From positions 355,247-419,246 of the forward strand of contig CP174359.1 in the NCBI GenBank assembly GCA_045401115.1: a DNA stretch of 64,000 nt. Reading direction: 5' to 3'. Below, in pieces: positions 1-9,650 of the stretch (the stretch's first letter is position 1; each line of letters starts with the position of its first letter). The DNA is from Candidatus Phycocordibacter aenigmaticus (GTDB lineage Bacteria > Patescibacteriota > Minisyncoccia > Phycocordibacterales > Phycocordibacteraceae). The notes beneath the pieces were generated by a model. That model was not told the origin of the DNA. It was given only the letters and a program-made list of their open reading frames with translations, and searched no databases. Both the position numbers and the translations under genes were made by a program.

Positions 1-2
1 AA

Positions 3-422
3 ACAGGTGATGAATTGCATGTCGTAAAACTGAAAGGTAAGACCATACTCCCTGAAGATGATTCTTGCCCTATTGTCTGCATTGCCGGCGGTATTGGTAT
101 AGTGCCGTTTCGTTCAATACTCATGTCACTCCACGAAAAAGGTCAAGCACATCGGGCGAGTTTAGTGCATGTGAGTAGTCACGAATATCTATACGAAGAT
201 GAATTATCGCCTTTGCTTACACAGCAATACCGCATTACTCGTCCCGAGATTGAAACAACCGTGACAGAGGTACTTAAAGATAAACCGAGCGCATTATATT
301 ATGTTGCTGGACCACCAACTTTCATCGATTCTCTTGTTGCTTTACTTACTCAGCACGGTATTAATGAAGAAAATATTTTGTTCAGTCGCTTTACGGGTTA
401 TGAAGATCGGTTTGATTCGTAG
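3..422 (+). CDS. Ferredoxin-NADP reductase-like FAD/NAD(P)-binding oxidoreductase, 5'-truncated by the window edge
   Basis: Frame is open from the window edge. CIAGGIGIVPFRS and YVAGPP are FNR-family NAD-binding motifs. Confidence 0.8.
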   Translation, partial: TGDELHVVKLKGKTILPEDDSCPIVCIAGGIGIVPFRSILMSLHEKGQAHRASLVHVSSHEYLYEDELSPLLTQQYRITRPEIETTVTEVLKDKPSALYYVAGPPTFIDSLVALLTQHGINEENILFSRFTGYEDRFDS

Positions 423-449
423 GTGTCTTAAATAAAAATCTAGTAGACG

Positions 450-1112
450 CTATGTGATGAGGTGCCAATCATTTTTGATATCAGGATGAACGATTACTTC
501 AGTGTTTGCAGGGAGTAGTGAGGCAATTTCTTCACCAAAATGACCGTCAGCACTATAGAGTGCGGTACTCGTTATACACTGCGTGTTGCCAAGATGTTTT
601 ATATTCTTTGGGTGGAACCTGTTATAAAGAGCTCCTCGTATTGAACGGTCTTGATGAGTAATGTTCGTGCCGAGTCGTATAAAAGGGATATTGTATTTTT
701 CAGCAAGATTACACGCTCGTTTAAATAGGGGAGGGTAGAAATGTATATGTTCATGCGAATTTATACCGTCTGGCGCAGATCCAAAAAGTGCGATGAATTC
801 TTTTATTTGGTTTTCCCATTCACGTTCTACCCAGTCAATACCTGATGTACTCGTTTTTAAGATAAAATACGCCCGTCGACTTATGCTATTAGGTGGATAT
901 TGCTTCTGTCGAATTTTTTGTTCTGTCGCTGTTAAATGTATGTCGCGTGCGGGGATACTCTGTAGCCAGGGGAGTGCGTAACGTATGTCGTAGAGGTGTG
1001 GCAATATCGATACGCGATTTATTTTTTCTTTGTTTGCTGTGGAAATGATCTTTTCATCATAATGTGGCGATAATCCAAAGTCATCAAGTGTCGTAATAAA
1101 ATCATGTTGCAT
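450..1112 (-). CDS. ChbG/HpnK (YdjC) family carbohydrate deacetylase
   Basis: N-terminal DDFG, DGINSHEHIH and EVIVHP motifs typical of the YdjC family. Confidence 0.8.
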   Translation of the reverse strand: MQHDFITTLDDFGLSPHYDEKIISTANKEKINRVSILPHLYDIRYALPWLQSIPARDIHLTATEQKIRQKQYPPNSISRRAYFILKTSTSGIDWVEREWENQIKEFIALFGSAPDGINSHEHIHFYPPLFKRACNLAEKYNIPFIRLGTNITHQDRSIRGALYNRFHPKNIKHLGNTQCITSTALYSADGHFGEEIASLLPANTEVIVHPDIKNDWHLIT

Positions 1113-1116
1113 ACTA

Positions 1117-1827
1117 TTATTTTTTTTCTAAACCAAAGAGGCGGAGCCTGAGGAGTCCTAGAGGGAGTGTTATCAGTGCACTTAGCTTTGGAAGACTTGG
1201 ACGTGGATCAACATTCTCAGCCGGAACCTCATATATGGTATGTCCATACTTTTCGGCAAGGAGGAGTAAGTGGGTATCAAAGAACCATCCAGTCTCTTCA
1301 ATTAGGTGGGGTGCGAGCGTTTGATACATTGACATCTGGACACCTTTGCAACCAGCTTGCGCGTCGGTAAATTGATGCGGAAATAATATAGAGAGTACTT
1401 TGTTATACGTTCTTGATATGATTTTTCTCAGAAACGGTTGATGTTCTGAAGAGCCGTCGACGAAACGAGACGCTGAAACGATTGGCGCTCCTTCTGCGAG
1501 CGCATTAATCACATGTCCCACAGTATTAAGTCCATATGCAAGATCAGCGTCAGTGAAAAAACATGCGTCAGCTTCGTGTAATTTCCACGCATTTTGTATG
1601 GCGCGCCCTTTACCGCGATAAGGGGTGTATTGGTATTCGACACCTGGAACTGTACGCTTAAGTTTTTCACCTATATGTTTCGTCGCGTCATTCGATCCAT
1701 TATCAGCAATAATTAATGTAAAATGGTGGTGAGGGTACTGTCCGTCAAAAAACTCTCTTAAGTTCCGCACTGTGTTTTCAAGGCAGCTTTCTTCATTGAG
1801 CGCCGGTACGGCACAAATAAATCTCAT
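1117..1827 (-). CDS. GT2 polyprenyl-phosphate glycosyltransferase
   Basis: VPALNEE, DNGSND, GKGRAI, DADL and DAQAGCKG motifs. Start placed at MRFICAVP. Confidence 0.85.
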   Translation of the reverse strand: MRFICAVPALNEESCLENTVRNLREFFDGQYPHHHFTLIIADNGSNDATKHIGEKLKRTVPGVEYQYTPYRGKGRAIQNAWKLHEADACFFTDADLAYGLNTVGHVINALAEGAPIVSASRFVDGSSEHQPFLRKIISRTYNKVLSILFPHQFTDAQAGCKGVQMSMYQTLAPHLIEETGWFFDTHLLLLAEKYGHTIYEVPAENVDPRPSLPKLSALITLPLGLLRLRLFGLEKK

Positions 1828-1855
1828 TAGGTTATTATACAAGACACACACTTCT

Positions 1856-2470
1856 ATGACAGGCGCGAGACAACAACCCTCTTATTCATTATATAAAAAT
1901 GTTTCTCGTCCGGGTTTTGACACATTCCTACTCACCGAGTATTTAGGTACCCTTTCTCCGGGTACGTTATTGGATATGGGGACTGGTACCGGCTATATTG
2001 CCATTATGGCAACCCAGAACAGGTGGCAGTGTACAGCGGTCGACAATAGTCTACAGGCATGTAACGCGGCAAAAGATAATGCTCAAGAGAATGGCGTCTC
2101 TTTTCCGGTTGTATATTCAGATTTGTTTTCAAAAGTGTCTGGTGTGTTTGATTGTATAGCGTTTAACCCCCCATATGGATATTCAAAACAAGGAGGTGCC
2201 TTACAAGGTATTCTGGAAACTATAAAGTCATGGATACCGCGCGATAACCGACTTTTTGCCGAAGCGGCATTTCTTTTAGTGCGTAAACAAAGAAAAGAGT
2301 TGATTACTCGTTTTTTAGACTCCGCATCGGCATATTTAAAAAAAGATGGCGTGGTGTTACTTCTTTTACACCATAGTGAAATTCCGTTTGTATGCGCTCG
2401 GTATCCAGGGAAAGTGGTCGGATCGGCCCGGTGGATGCGACTTATTTCTATCCCTGCTGAATCACTATAG
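1856..2470 (+). CDS. Class I SAM-dependent methyltransferase (HemK/PrmC-related)
   Basis: LDMGTGTG and FNPPY motifs. Start placed at MTGARQ. Confidence 0.8.
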   Translation: MTGARQQPSYSLYKNVSRPGFDTFLLTEYLGTLSPGTLLDMGTGTGYIAIMATQNRWQCTAVDNSLQACNAAKDNAQENGVSFPVVYSDLFSKVSGVFDCIAFNPPYGYSKQGGALQGILETIKSWIPRDNRLFAEAAFLLVRKQRKELITRFLDSASAYLKKDGVVLLLLHHSEIPFVCARYPGKVVGSARWMRLISIPAESL

Positions 2471-2474
2471 TGTT

Positions 2475-4031
2475 ATGTCTGTGAATCGCTATCTCATCGG
2501 TATTATTCTTATTGGGGTTATTATTGCCGCTTTTGTACTGCGTTTTGCAGCTTTTGACCACCCACTTTCTATGCACGCGGCAGAAGGATTTCGTGATTTA
2601 TTCGTTGCAAAACACGCGCTTATATATAATGAGTGGCCACTCAGTGGCCACCACAACGGCCTTTCTACTGTCGATAATAGTCCTCTGTATTATTATTTAA
2701 TTATTGGTTTCGCGCTGTTCACGCAATCTTTTTTTGGCGTGAGTGTGCTTTTTATCATATTTCAAACGGTTTTCGTAGCGCTCGTGTTCTTAATTACTCG
2801 GGCGTTATTCAATTCTATTGCTGGTCTTGTTGCTGCTTTTTTTCTTGCATTTTCACCACATTATATAATAACGGTTACGAGCGATTCCATTTGGCCTCCT
2901 TACTTTGCGGCAACATTTGTTGTTGTTTCGCTGTGGTTGTTATGGCGAGGAGATAAACAGACACATAGAGCACTTATTATAGCGAGTCCAATAGCTATGC
3001 TTATGGCAGTTGCGATACATCAAGCAACGCTGGCGCTTGCTATGCCGTATGCCGCCCTTGGATTATATGTGGCGTATAGAAATAGGTTTTTACTTAAACA
3101 CTACCTTATTGCCGGGGGTATGTTCCTGTTGTGTGCTGGTGTCTTGTTTTTACCTTCACTCCTTACACATCAAGGTGCATTGCAATGGGGGACTCGTATT
3201 TCAGATCACACCGTAATTCCAGTTTTTGATGCATTCCACTTAGCGTTCTCTCAAATACTGTATACGTTCGGATTATCCGGTATTACTTCTACTGCAGCGG
3301 CCGCAGTTATTATTTCTTTTATTACACTCAGTACGTGGTTTATCTATTCTTCTAAAGTACTGAGAAAAGAAAAGGTTTTTTATGGATTAGGAATACTGTT
3401 TCTTGTCACTCAAATATGCATTATTGTATTTTTTGACCCAGAAGGTTTTTTACGGCATATGGAACCGGCGCTTTGGATATTGACTGTGTTGCTCGGCGTT
3501 ATTATTACTGCACCTTTTATCAAACAAAACCATCTGATGATGGGTGTGTCTCTTATTGTTTGTTTGGTGACGCTACATGCCATGGTAACTGATGAGCGAA
3601 TGTTTAGGGTATATCCGAACATTGGAACCTTTGAATATCCTCACTATCAACTTATGGATCGCGCGGTTGATGCGTTAGTTGAAGATATACGTTACATAAA
3701 AGAAGAGCATCAGTATACTGATTATACGTTTTTCAATATCCACGCGCTCAGTAAGACGGGGAGTGTTGTTTCGCCACTCGTATTTTGGTTCCCATTAGAA
3801 GAGCGATTAGACGCTCGGCTTGAAAAATCACCGAATACAGTCACTGGTAATTTTTGGGCGAAACATGTTGATGATTATTTATTCTACGCTTGTTTTAAGC
3901 AAAAAAATAATTATAGTGACGAGCAATGTTTGAGTGATTTTTCAAAGCAACACACTCATCATAATATAGAAAAACAGGTGTTTTACGATGATGTATTGAG
4001 TATCTATCGGTCATCACGGCTGTCTCCGTAG
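2475..4031 (+). CDS. ArnT/PMT-like (GT-C) integral membrane glycosyltransferase
   Basis: Many TM segments, N-terminal E-x-F-R-D and PLYYY motifs, soluble C-terminal domain. Adjacent to the GT2. Confidence 0.7.
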   Translation: MSVNRYLIGIILIGVIIAAFVLRFAAFDHPLSMHAAEGFRDLFVAKHALIYNEWPLSGHHNGLSTVDNSPLYYYLIIGFALFTQSFFGVSVLFIIFQTVFVALVFLITRALFNSIAGLVAAFFLAFSPHYIITVTSDSIWPPYFAATFVVVSLWLLWRGDKQTHRALIIASPIAMLMAVAIHQATLALAMPYAALGLYVAYRNRFLLKHYLIAGGMFLLCAGVLFLPSLLTHQGALQWGTRISDHTVIPVFDAFHLAFSQILYTFGLSGITSTAAAAVIISFITLSTWFIYSSKVLRKEKVFYGLGILFLVTQICIIVFFDPEGFLRHMEPALWILTVLLGVIITAPFIKQNHLMMGVSLIVCLVTLHAMVTDERMFRVYPNIGTFEYPHYQLMDRAVDALVEDIRYIKEEHQYTDYTFFNIHALSKTGSVVSPLVFWFPLEERLDARLEKSPNTVTGNFWAKHVDDYLFYACFKQKNNYSDEQCLSDFSKQHTHHNIEKQVFYDDVLSIYRSSRLSP

Positions 4032-4094
4032 CGGAGTTGCGGATATGTATTGTACGATTTCCTATAAAGAATATAGTGTATTACCATAGGGGAT

Positions 4095-4415
4095 ATGCAG
4101 AACGTAGCTATACGACTGATTTTTATTGTACTTTTGGTAATCCCGATTGCTTCTAGTGAATTATTGCACGCAGTTATTCCGCATAGTCACTCGAGTAATA
4201 CAGTGATTGCTGAAGAAATGCATACGTTTTTTAGACATGAAGAAGGTGATGCGCTCGCTCTTTTTGATTTCATTCCTTTTTTCTTTTTTGTTCCACTGGT
4301 CGTATTTTTTGTGTCATGGCGATGGCGTGATCTCAGTGCGCGATTGATTAGAAGTGTTCATGCTGAACGTATTGCGCTACGGCGAGGTATCCTCCCTTAT
4401 AGATGTTTTGGTTGA
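4095..4415 (+). CDS. Hypothetical His-containing membrane protein
   Basis: 106-aa ORF with hydrophobic N-terminus and a PHSH motif. Confidence 0.5.
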   Translation: MQNVAIRLIFIVLLVIPIASSELLHAVIPHSHSSNTVIAEEMHTFFRHEEGDALALFDFIPFFFFVPLVVFFVSWRWRDLSARLIRSVHAERIALRRGILPYRCFG

Positions 4416-4462
4416 CCCCCCTTCTTTTATTTATTCGTGACTTATTAATTAACATTATTGTT

Positions 4463-5266
4463 ATGCAGAATATAATTGTAGGAATTGTTCTTTTACTAGT
4501 CGGTTTTTTTGGTGGGTATTTCGTCTCAGGTAATACCCTTTCAGAGGAACATAATATCCATTCTGAAACAGAGGAGCATGGTGATAGTGGGCATGCGATG
4601 GAGCATAGCACTCCAGTTGATGTACCCGCTGGTGCTTCAGCTCCGGCAGTTGCTCTTGAGGTGTTCGAAGACCCAATGAGTGGATGGAATGTAAAAATTA
4701 CCACTGAAAATTTCCGTTTTTCTCCAGAAAACGCGTCTCAAGACCACATACTCGGTGAAGGGCACGCACACGTTTACGTTGATGGAGAAAAAATTAACCG
4801 TGTCTATGGGTCGTGGTATCATCTCGGCGATCTATCAGTTGGTGAGCATGAGATAAAAGTGAACTTAAACGCAAACAATCACAACCCATACTCAGTAAAT
4901 GGTGTGTTGGTTGAAGATTCCGTAACCGTTGTTGTTGAGCCAGAGCCGGAGTTTGATGCGGCGAACGCTAAAATGATGAGTCTCTCACTAACAAATCGTA
5001 CACTTTCTCCGGAAATGGTAACGGTTTCTGAAGGTGATAGTGTGCATCTCATGGTGAACACTGATGAAGCTGGTGAGTTCCATATTGCCGGCTATGAGGT
5101 TGTGCAAGAGATGAGCACTGACGGAGCAACAAGTATTATGTTTGTTGCTGATCAGGCTGGGCGTTACGCGCTTGAATTCCACCCTAATTCAGGTGGGCAT
5201 ATGGATGAGGAAGATCATGGAACCATGGAAGACATTGAGATTGGTTCTCTTCTGGTAAATCCGTAA
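4463..5266 (+). CDS. Exported His-rich protein with C-terminal cupredoxin-like domain
   Basis: N-terminal TM, His/Glu-rich linker, GEGHAHVYVDG motif, C-terminal FHIAGY...FVADQAGRYALEFH. Confidence 0.65.
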   Translation: MQNIIVGIVLLLVGFFGGYFVSGNTLSEEHNIHSETEEHGDSGHAMEHSTPVDVPAGASAPAVALEVFEDPMSGWNVKITTENFRFSPENASQDHILGEGHAHVYVDGEKINRVYGSWYHLGDLSVGEHEIKVNLNANNHNPYSVNGVLVEDSVTVVVEPEPEFDAANAKMMSLSLTNRTLSPEMVTVSEGDSVHLMVNTDEAGEFHIAGYEVVQEMSTDGATSIMFVADQAGRYALEFHPNSGGHMDEEDHGTMEDIEIGSLLVNP

Positions 5267-5281
5267 TTAAACAAAAAAACC

Positions 5282-5320
5282 ATACATAAAAAACACCCTT
5301 TTTGGGTGTTTTTTATGTAT
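5282..5320. terminator. Bidirectional intrinsic terminator
   Basis: ATACATAAAAAACACCC-TTTTT-GGGTGTTTTTTATGTAT inverted repeat between convergent genes. Confidence 0.7.
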
Positions 5321-5900
5321 GTGTGGTTGTGTTTTTCCCAAATGTTAAAAAACGCACAATGTATGCAACTATGATTCCAAACACTAGTGCGCTGATATAC
5401 GTTGCCATAATAGTTCCATATGAGTAAGGAACAGCTCGGAATACACCAAGAATAAACGCGCTTAACCATGAAGTCATGGATACTGCGCCTCCGATATAAA
5501 AAAAGTAACTACGCAGACGGAATTTTGGCACAGTAAGTAAATTTTTCTCTATATGTTTTTTAAGAAGAGGCATATGAAGTGTATGGATCAGGATGCCGTT
5601 CAGTATCAAAACACCGACAATAGTCATCTTTGAGAGAAATTTTGTTGAAGCAAGATATACAGCTTGGTTCATAAAGAAAAGTCCAATACCGCTGAGAACA
5701 ATAATAGTAAGTCCGATAGTTACCAAAAGACCCGCTGTATCTAAAAAGCGTATTTCATCTTTAGTAATGCGTGCGTCATACATTACTTTTGTGAACATAA
5801 CTGCTGAAAAAAGCGCTGTTCCAGCACCAAGCGCAAACCCGAATAGGTGGGCAATTATCAAAAGAGTTTTCGGTTCAATAAAACCAAGTAATGGAAACAT
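5313..5900 (-). CDS. Hypothetical multi-pass membrane protein
   Basis: 195 aa with ~5 hydrophobic segments and conserved-looking His residues. Confidence 0.65.
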   Translation of the reverse strand: MFPLLGFIEPKTLLIIAHLFGFALGAGTALFSAVMFTKVMYDARITKDEIRFLDTAGLLVTIGLTIIVLSGIGLFFMNQAVYLASTKFLSKMTIVGVLILNGILIHTLHMPLLKKHIEKNLLTVPKFRLRSYFFYIGGAVSMTSWLSAFILGVFRAVPYSYGTIMATYISALVFGIIVAYIVRFLTFGKNTTTHT

Positions 5901-5992
5901 GGTACGAAAATAGTAACATTATTTCTATAAAACAGTCTTCTTTTTTATCTTTTTTCTTTAATGATATTATTTGTGTAACAAATAAACAGTTT

Positions 5993-7396
5993 ATGAAATA
6001 TTTACTTATAGCAGTTTTTACCTGGTTTATACCACAGTCACTTTTTGCGCATGGTCTTGGACAGCGTATTGATTTACCGATTCCACTCGATATTTATTTA
6101 GGCGCAGCAGCAGCAGCGCTGATTGCATCTTTCTTCTTAATTGGTTTTTTGGGAAAACGAGAAAAATCGTATGACACATATCCTAAAAAGAATCTTTGTT
6201 CCATAAAACTATTACAGACGGTTTTGCTGAGTCCTATAACAGTGAACATTATTAAACTTATCGCCGTTGGTTTTTTAGGTGTATTGCTATATGCCGGTTT
6301 TTGGGGCGACCAAACACCAACAAACAACATATTACCCATCTTTGTTTGGGTTGGCTTTACAGTAGGGCTCACCTATTTCATTGCCTTCGTTGGTAACGTG
6401 TGGCCACTTATTAATCCATGGAAAGCACTTGGTGAATTTATTGATAAAAAAGAACGTTGGTCGTTTAAACGAGAATGGCCGGTATGGCTTGGTGTATGGC
6501 CGGCGTTTGTTCTATTTTTTATATTCCGCTACTTAGAAAACATTGCACCGAATGCCACTGACCCAAGTAGGCTCGCGTGGTATGTCGTTGGGTTTTCCGT
6601 TATCACATTTACCGGGTTTATAGTCTTTGGTCGCGCACAGTGGCTGCGCTATGGTGACCCGTTCTCTTTGTTTTATCGTTTTCTTTCACACTTCGCGATA
6701 TTTTCTTATGAAGAGAAAGAGGGACAAAAACATGTATATCTGAGACTTCCTGCTGTTGGTCTCTTAAACGCATCACGGGTTTCATTTTCAGAAATGGCAT
6801 TCGTTTTGCTTATGTTGGTATCGGTGTCTTTTGATGGTATTTCAAGCACGCCGTTTGCGGTCGGTATTTTAAATGGACTGAGAGATATTGGTCTTGGAGT
6901 GCTTTCCGTAAAAGTAGCGCTTTTTGTGGGAGTATTTGCTTTCTTTGCACTTGTGTATGCTACGTTTGTGCTGTTGATACGAAATTACGGTTCACTGGAT
7001 AAAGATTTACTGACTATTGCAAAGGAATTCATACTCTCACTACTACCTATTGCTATCGTGTATGAAGTCGTACATTTTATGGTCCTTCTTTTAACAGAAG
7101 GACAACGTCTCTTTATTCTTGCTTCCGATCCATTTGGTTTTGGATGGGATCTTTTTGGTTCCGCCTCGTGGAAACCTAATTATGGTTTTATTGATTTTAA
7201 CTTACTATGGAATATTCAGATTGCGCTCATTTTGTTTGGACATATTGCATCAATATATATCGCGCATATGGTTGCGTTACGAGTATGTCCTGATGCAAAA
7301 AAAGCTGTGCGTAGTCAGATCCCTATGCTTATCCTGATGGTGGGGTATACCGTGATGGGGTTGTGGATACTCGCACAACCACCGGCACTATTTTAA
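5993..7396 (+). CDS. Conserved polytopic membrane protein (resembles proteins often annotated as fenitrothion hydrolase-like)
   Basis: AHGLGQRIDLPIP start, SDPFGFGWDLFG and GHIAS motifs, >10 TM segments. Confidence 0.6.
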   Translation: MKYLLIAVFTWFIPQSLFAHGLGQRIDLPIPLDIYLGAAAAALIASFFLIGFLGKREKSYDTYPKKNLCSIKLLQTVLLSPITVNIIKLIAVGFLGVLLYAGFWGDQTPTNNILPIFVWVGFTVGLTYFIAFVGNVWPLINPWKALGEFIDKKERWSFKREWPVWLGVWPAFVLFFIFRYLENIAPNATDPSRLAWYVVGFSVITFTGFIVFGRAQWLRYGDPFSLFYRFLSHFAIFSYEEKEGQKHVYLRLPAVGLLNASRVSFSEMAFVLLMLVSVSFDGISSTPFAVGILNGLRDIGLGVLSVKVALFVGVFAFFALVYATFVLLIRNYGSLDKDLLTIAKEFILSLLPIAIVYEVVHFMVLLLTEGQRLFILASDPFGFGWDLFGSASWKPNYGFIDFNLLWNIQIALILFGHIASIYIAHMVALRVCPDAKKAVRSQIPMLILMVGYTVMGLWILAQPPALF

Positions 7397-7453
7397 CCAT
7401 CTTATAGAGAAAGTACTTGTGGTACAGTTATGGATATATAATGCAATAACACT

Positions 7454-8197
7454 ATGGAAAACGAAAACAAAAATACATCAAATGAGGCAATGAACCCATT
7501 CTTTATCCCGATTGCTATTGTCATTGCCGGGGCACTTATTGCTGGGGCTATGATTTATAACGGTAGCAATACTACCGCACCACAAGCGCAAAATAACGAC
7601 TCACCTCAAGCTCAAGAAGAGGATACCACCGACCAAGTGCGTCCAGTTGACGCGAGTGATCATGTTCGTGGCAATCCTGACGCACCAGTAGTTATTGTTG
7701 AGTATTCTGATTTTGAATGTCCATTTTGTCAGCGATTTCATAGCACGTTAAATCAGGTTATGGATACGTACGGTGAGTCGGGTGATGTTGCATGGGTGTT
7801 TCGTCAATTTCCCATCGAACAATTACATTCAAAAGCTTTACCAGTAGCACGTGCTTCAGAGTGCGCTGCTGAACTAGGAGGTAATGATGCATTTTGGCAA
7901 TTTGCCGACCGCTATTTTGAAGTGTCACCGTCAAATAACCAGACCGACATTGAAACAGTGCTTCCACAAATTGCTACCGAACTCGGTATTGATGTTGATA
8001 CGTTCAATGAATGTTGGACAGGTGATCGTCATGATGCAGCTATCGCGGCGGACTATAATAATGCAATTGAGACTGGTGGCAGGGGGACGCCATGGAGTAT
8101 TGTTATTGCACCGAATGGAGAAACCTTCCCACTTTCAGGTGCCCAGCCTCATGCAGCGGTAGTGCAACTTATTGAGATTGCGCTCGACGCTCAATAA
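7454..8197 (+). CDS. DsbA-family thiol-disulfide oxidoreductase
   Basis: YSDFECPFC and GTP cis-Pro motifs, N-terminal anchor. Confidence 0.9.
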   Translation: MENENKNTSNEAMNPFFIPIAIVIAGALIAGAMIYNGSNTTAPQAQNNDSPQAQEEDTTDQVRPVDASDHVRGNPDAPVVIVEYSDFECPFCQRFHSTLNQVMDTYGESGDVAWVFRQFPIEQLHSKALPVARASECAAELGGNDAFWQFADRYFEVSPSNNQTDIETVLPQIATELGIDVDTFNECWTGDRHDAAIAADYNNAIETGGRGTPWSIVIAPNGETFPLSGAQPHAAVVQLIEIALDAQ

Positions 8198-8199
8198 TA

Positions 8200-8742
8200 A
8201 TGGGAACTATCACAAAAATACTCACTCGCCCCGCTTATGGTGCTTTGGCACTCGGCATTACCGCGGTGAGTTTTGTATTATCAGTATGGCTTCCTAATAT
8301 AGGAGTTATTACTCAAATTATTGGGAATAGTAGTATCTCATTGACGCAAAAAGTTAATTTTTTAATTAGTTTATTAGCATCAATTTATACCAACTTTACC
8401 TTTATATCGGCGAGTTACACGATTGCGATAGCGATTCTTCTTGGCCTCAATATTGCATTATTAACCTATTATATTCGAAGTCGTCAAAGTAAAGGGACGG
8501 GTGGCAGTGCAGCGCTCAGTATTGGTGGTTTTGTGAGTGGTATTTTCGGTATTGGTTGTGCGGCGTGCGGTACGTTCATACTTACATCGTTGTTAAGTCT
8601 CTTTGGCGTCGCTGGATTACTTGCATTTTTACCACTTGGAGGTGAAGAGTTTGGATTCCTTGCGGTTGGCCTCCTCGCATACTCTGTATATATGCTTACC
8701 AAGAAAATTAATGAACCACTTGTTTGTAAGATAGAACAGTAA
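8200..8742 (+). CDS. Membrane protein with CxxC (GCAACG) motif, probable DsbA partner
   Basis: Starts 2 bp after dsbA, ~4 TM segments, CAAC plus a C-terminal Cys. Confidence 0.65.
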   Translation: MGTITKILTRPAYGALALGITAVSFVLSVWLPNIGVITQIIGNSSISLTQKVNFLISLLASIYTNFTFISASYTIAIAILLGLNIALLTYYIRSRQSKGTGGSAALSIGGFVSGIFGIGCAACGTFILTSLLSLFGVAGLLAFLPLGGEEFGFLAVGLLAYSVYMLTKKINEPLVCKIEQ

Positions 8743-8744
8743 CA

Positions 8745-9242
8745 TTACCCAAAAATAAATAGTAAAAGCGTGTGTTGGTAGTGAAATATAATCAGGGGAA
8801 CTGAAACACCAATAATAAGTCCAACCAGTATTTGAGGAATAGTATGTGCTCGTAGAAAAACTCTACTTACCGCGATTGATACTCCAATACCTACCACGAG
8901 CGCGCTTACTAACAGCACAATAATACCGGAGAATTGTTGTGCCATAAGATAACTAATTGAAGTAGCGAAAAAACCTCCTGCAGCGGCATGACCGCTAGGA
9001 AATGAATATCCAACAGTTGCCACCGCAGCATTACGTGGGCGCGGAGTACGGACTGTATTTTTAATAACCGTTACGATGGCAAAAGTGGTGAGAAAAGCAA
9101 TAATAAAAAGTATTGCTGACTCTATCAATCCTTTAAAAAGCAAAATAGATACTATAAGAGCAGCAAATATAACGAAGTGTCGCGGGTGAGCAAGCCCCCA
9201 TATGCTTGAAAAAAAAGGACTATGAAAAAAAGATTTCAACAC
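8745..9242 (-). CDS. PAP2-family phosphatase
   Basis: K-x6-RP, SFPSGH and SRVFLRAH motifs. Confidence 0.9.
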   Translation of the reverse strand: MLKSFFHSPFFSSIWGLAHPRHFVIFAALIVSILLFKGLIESAILFIIAFLTTFAIVTVIKNTVRTPRPRNAAVATVGYSFPSGHAAAGGFFATSISYLMAQQFSGIIVLLVSALVVGIGVSIAVSRVFLRAHTIPQILVGLIIGVSVPLIIFHYQHTLLLFIFG

Positions 9243-9328
9243 AGTAATCTATACAGTATCATACTGTATTTGTATACTTAAAAGACATATTGCACTGATA
9301 AAATAGTGAATGAAGTATATAAACTGAT

Positions 9329-9535
9329 ATGAATAAAGATATTGTAATTGTGGTGATAGGTATTGTGCTTTTTGTGATGCTTTGGATTGGTTGGGGGATG
9401 TTCGAAGGGATGCGTGTAAATAATACAGAAGGGTCTGATGTATTTTGTACCGCTGATGTAAAACGTTGTTCAGATGGTTCATATGTAGGCAGAACTCCTC
9501 CACATTGTAATTTTGCACAGTGTCCAGGTAATTAA
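9329..9535 (+). CDS. Small membrane-anchored Cys-rich protein
   Basis: TM helix followed by CTADVKRCSDGSYVGRTPPHCNFAQCP. Confidence 0.7.
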   Translation: MNKDIVIVVIGIVLFVMLWIGWGMFEGMRVNNTEGSDVFCTADVKRCSDGSYVGRTPPHCNFAQCPGN

Positions 9536-9650
9536 GTTTTCACTGTTCCAGTTAACTTAATTATAAGTCTCTGGTAGGTAGTAGTGTTTTTTATATAAAC
9601 GCGCTATGATAGCCAGTAAGCGGCATACGCCGCTTTTTAATGTACTACGT

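Noticed and set aside
2346-2474. Long N-terminal extensions in the ORF track (also 12313, 15659, 27410, 5891, 45073)
   Set aside because: They overlap neighbouring genes or promoters. Downstream starts match the family N-termini.
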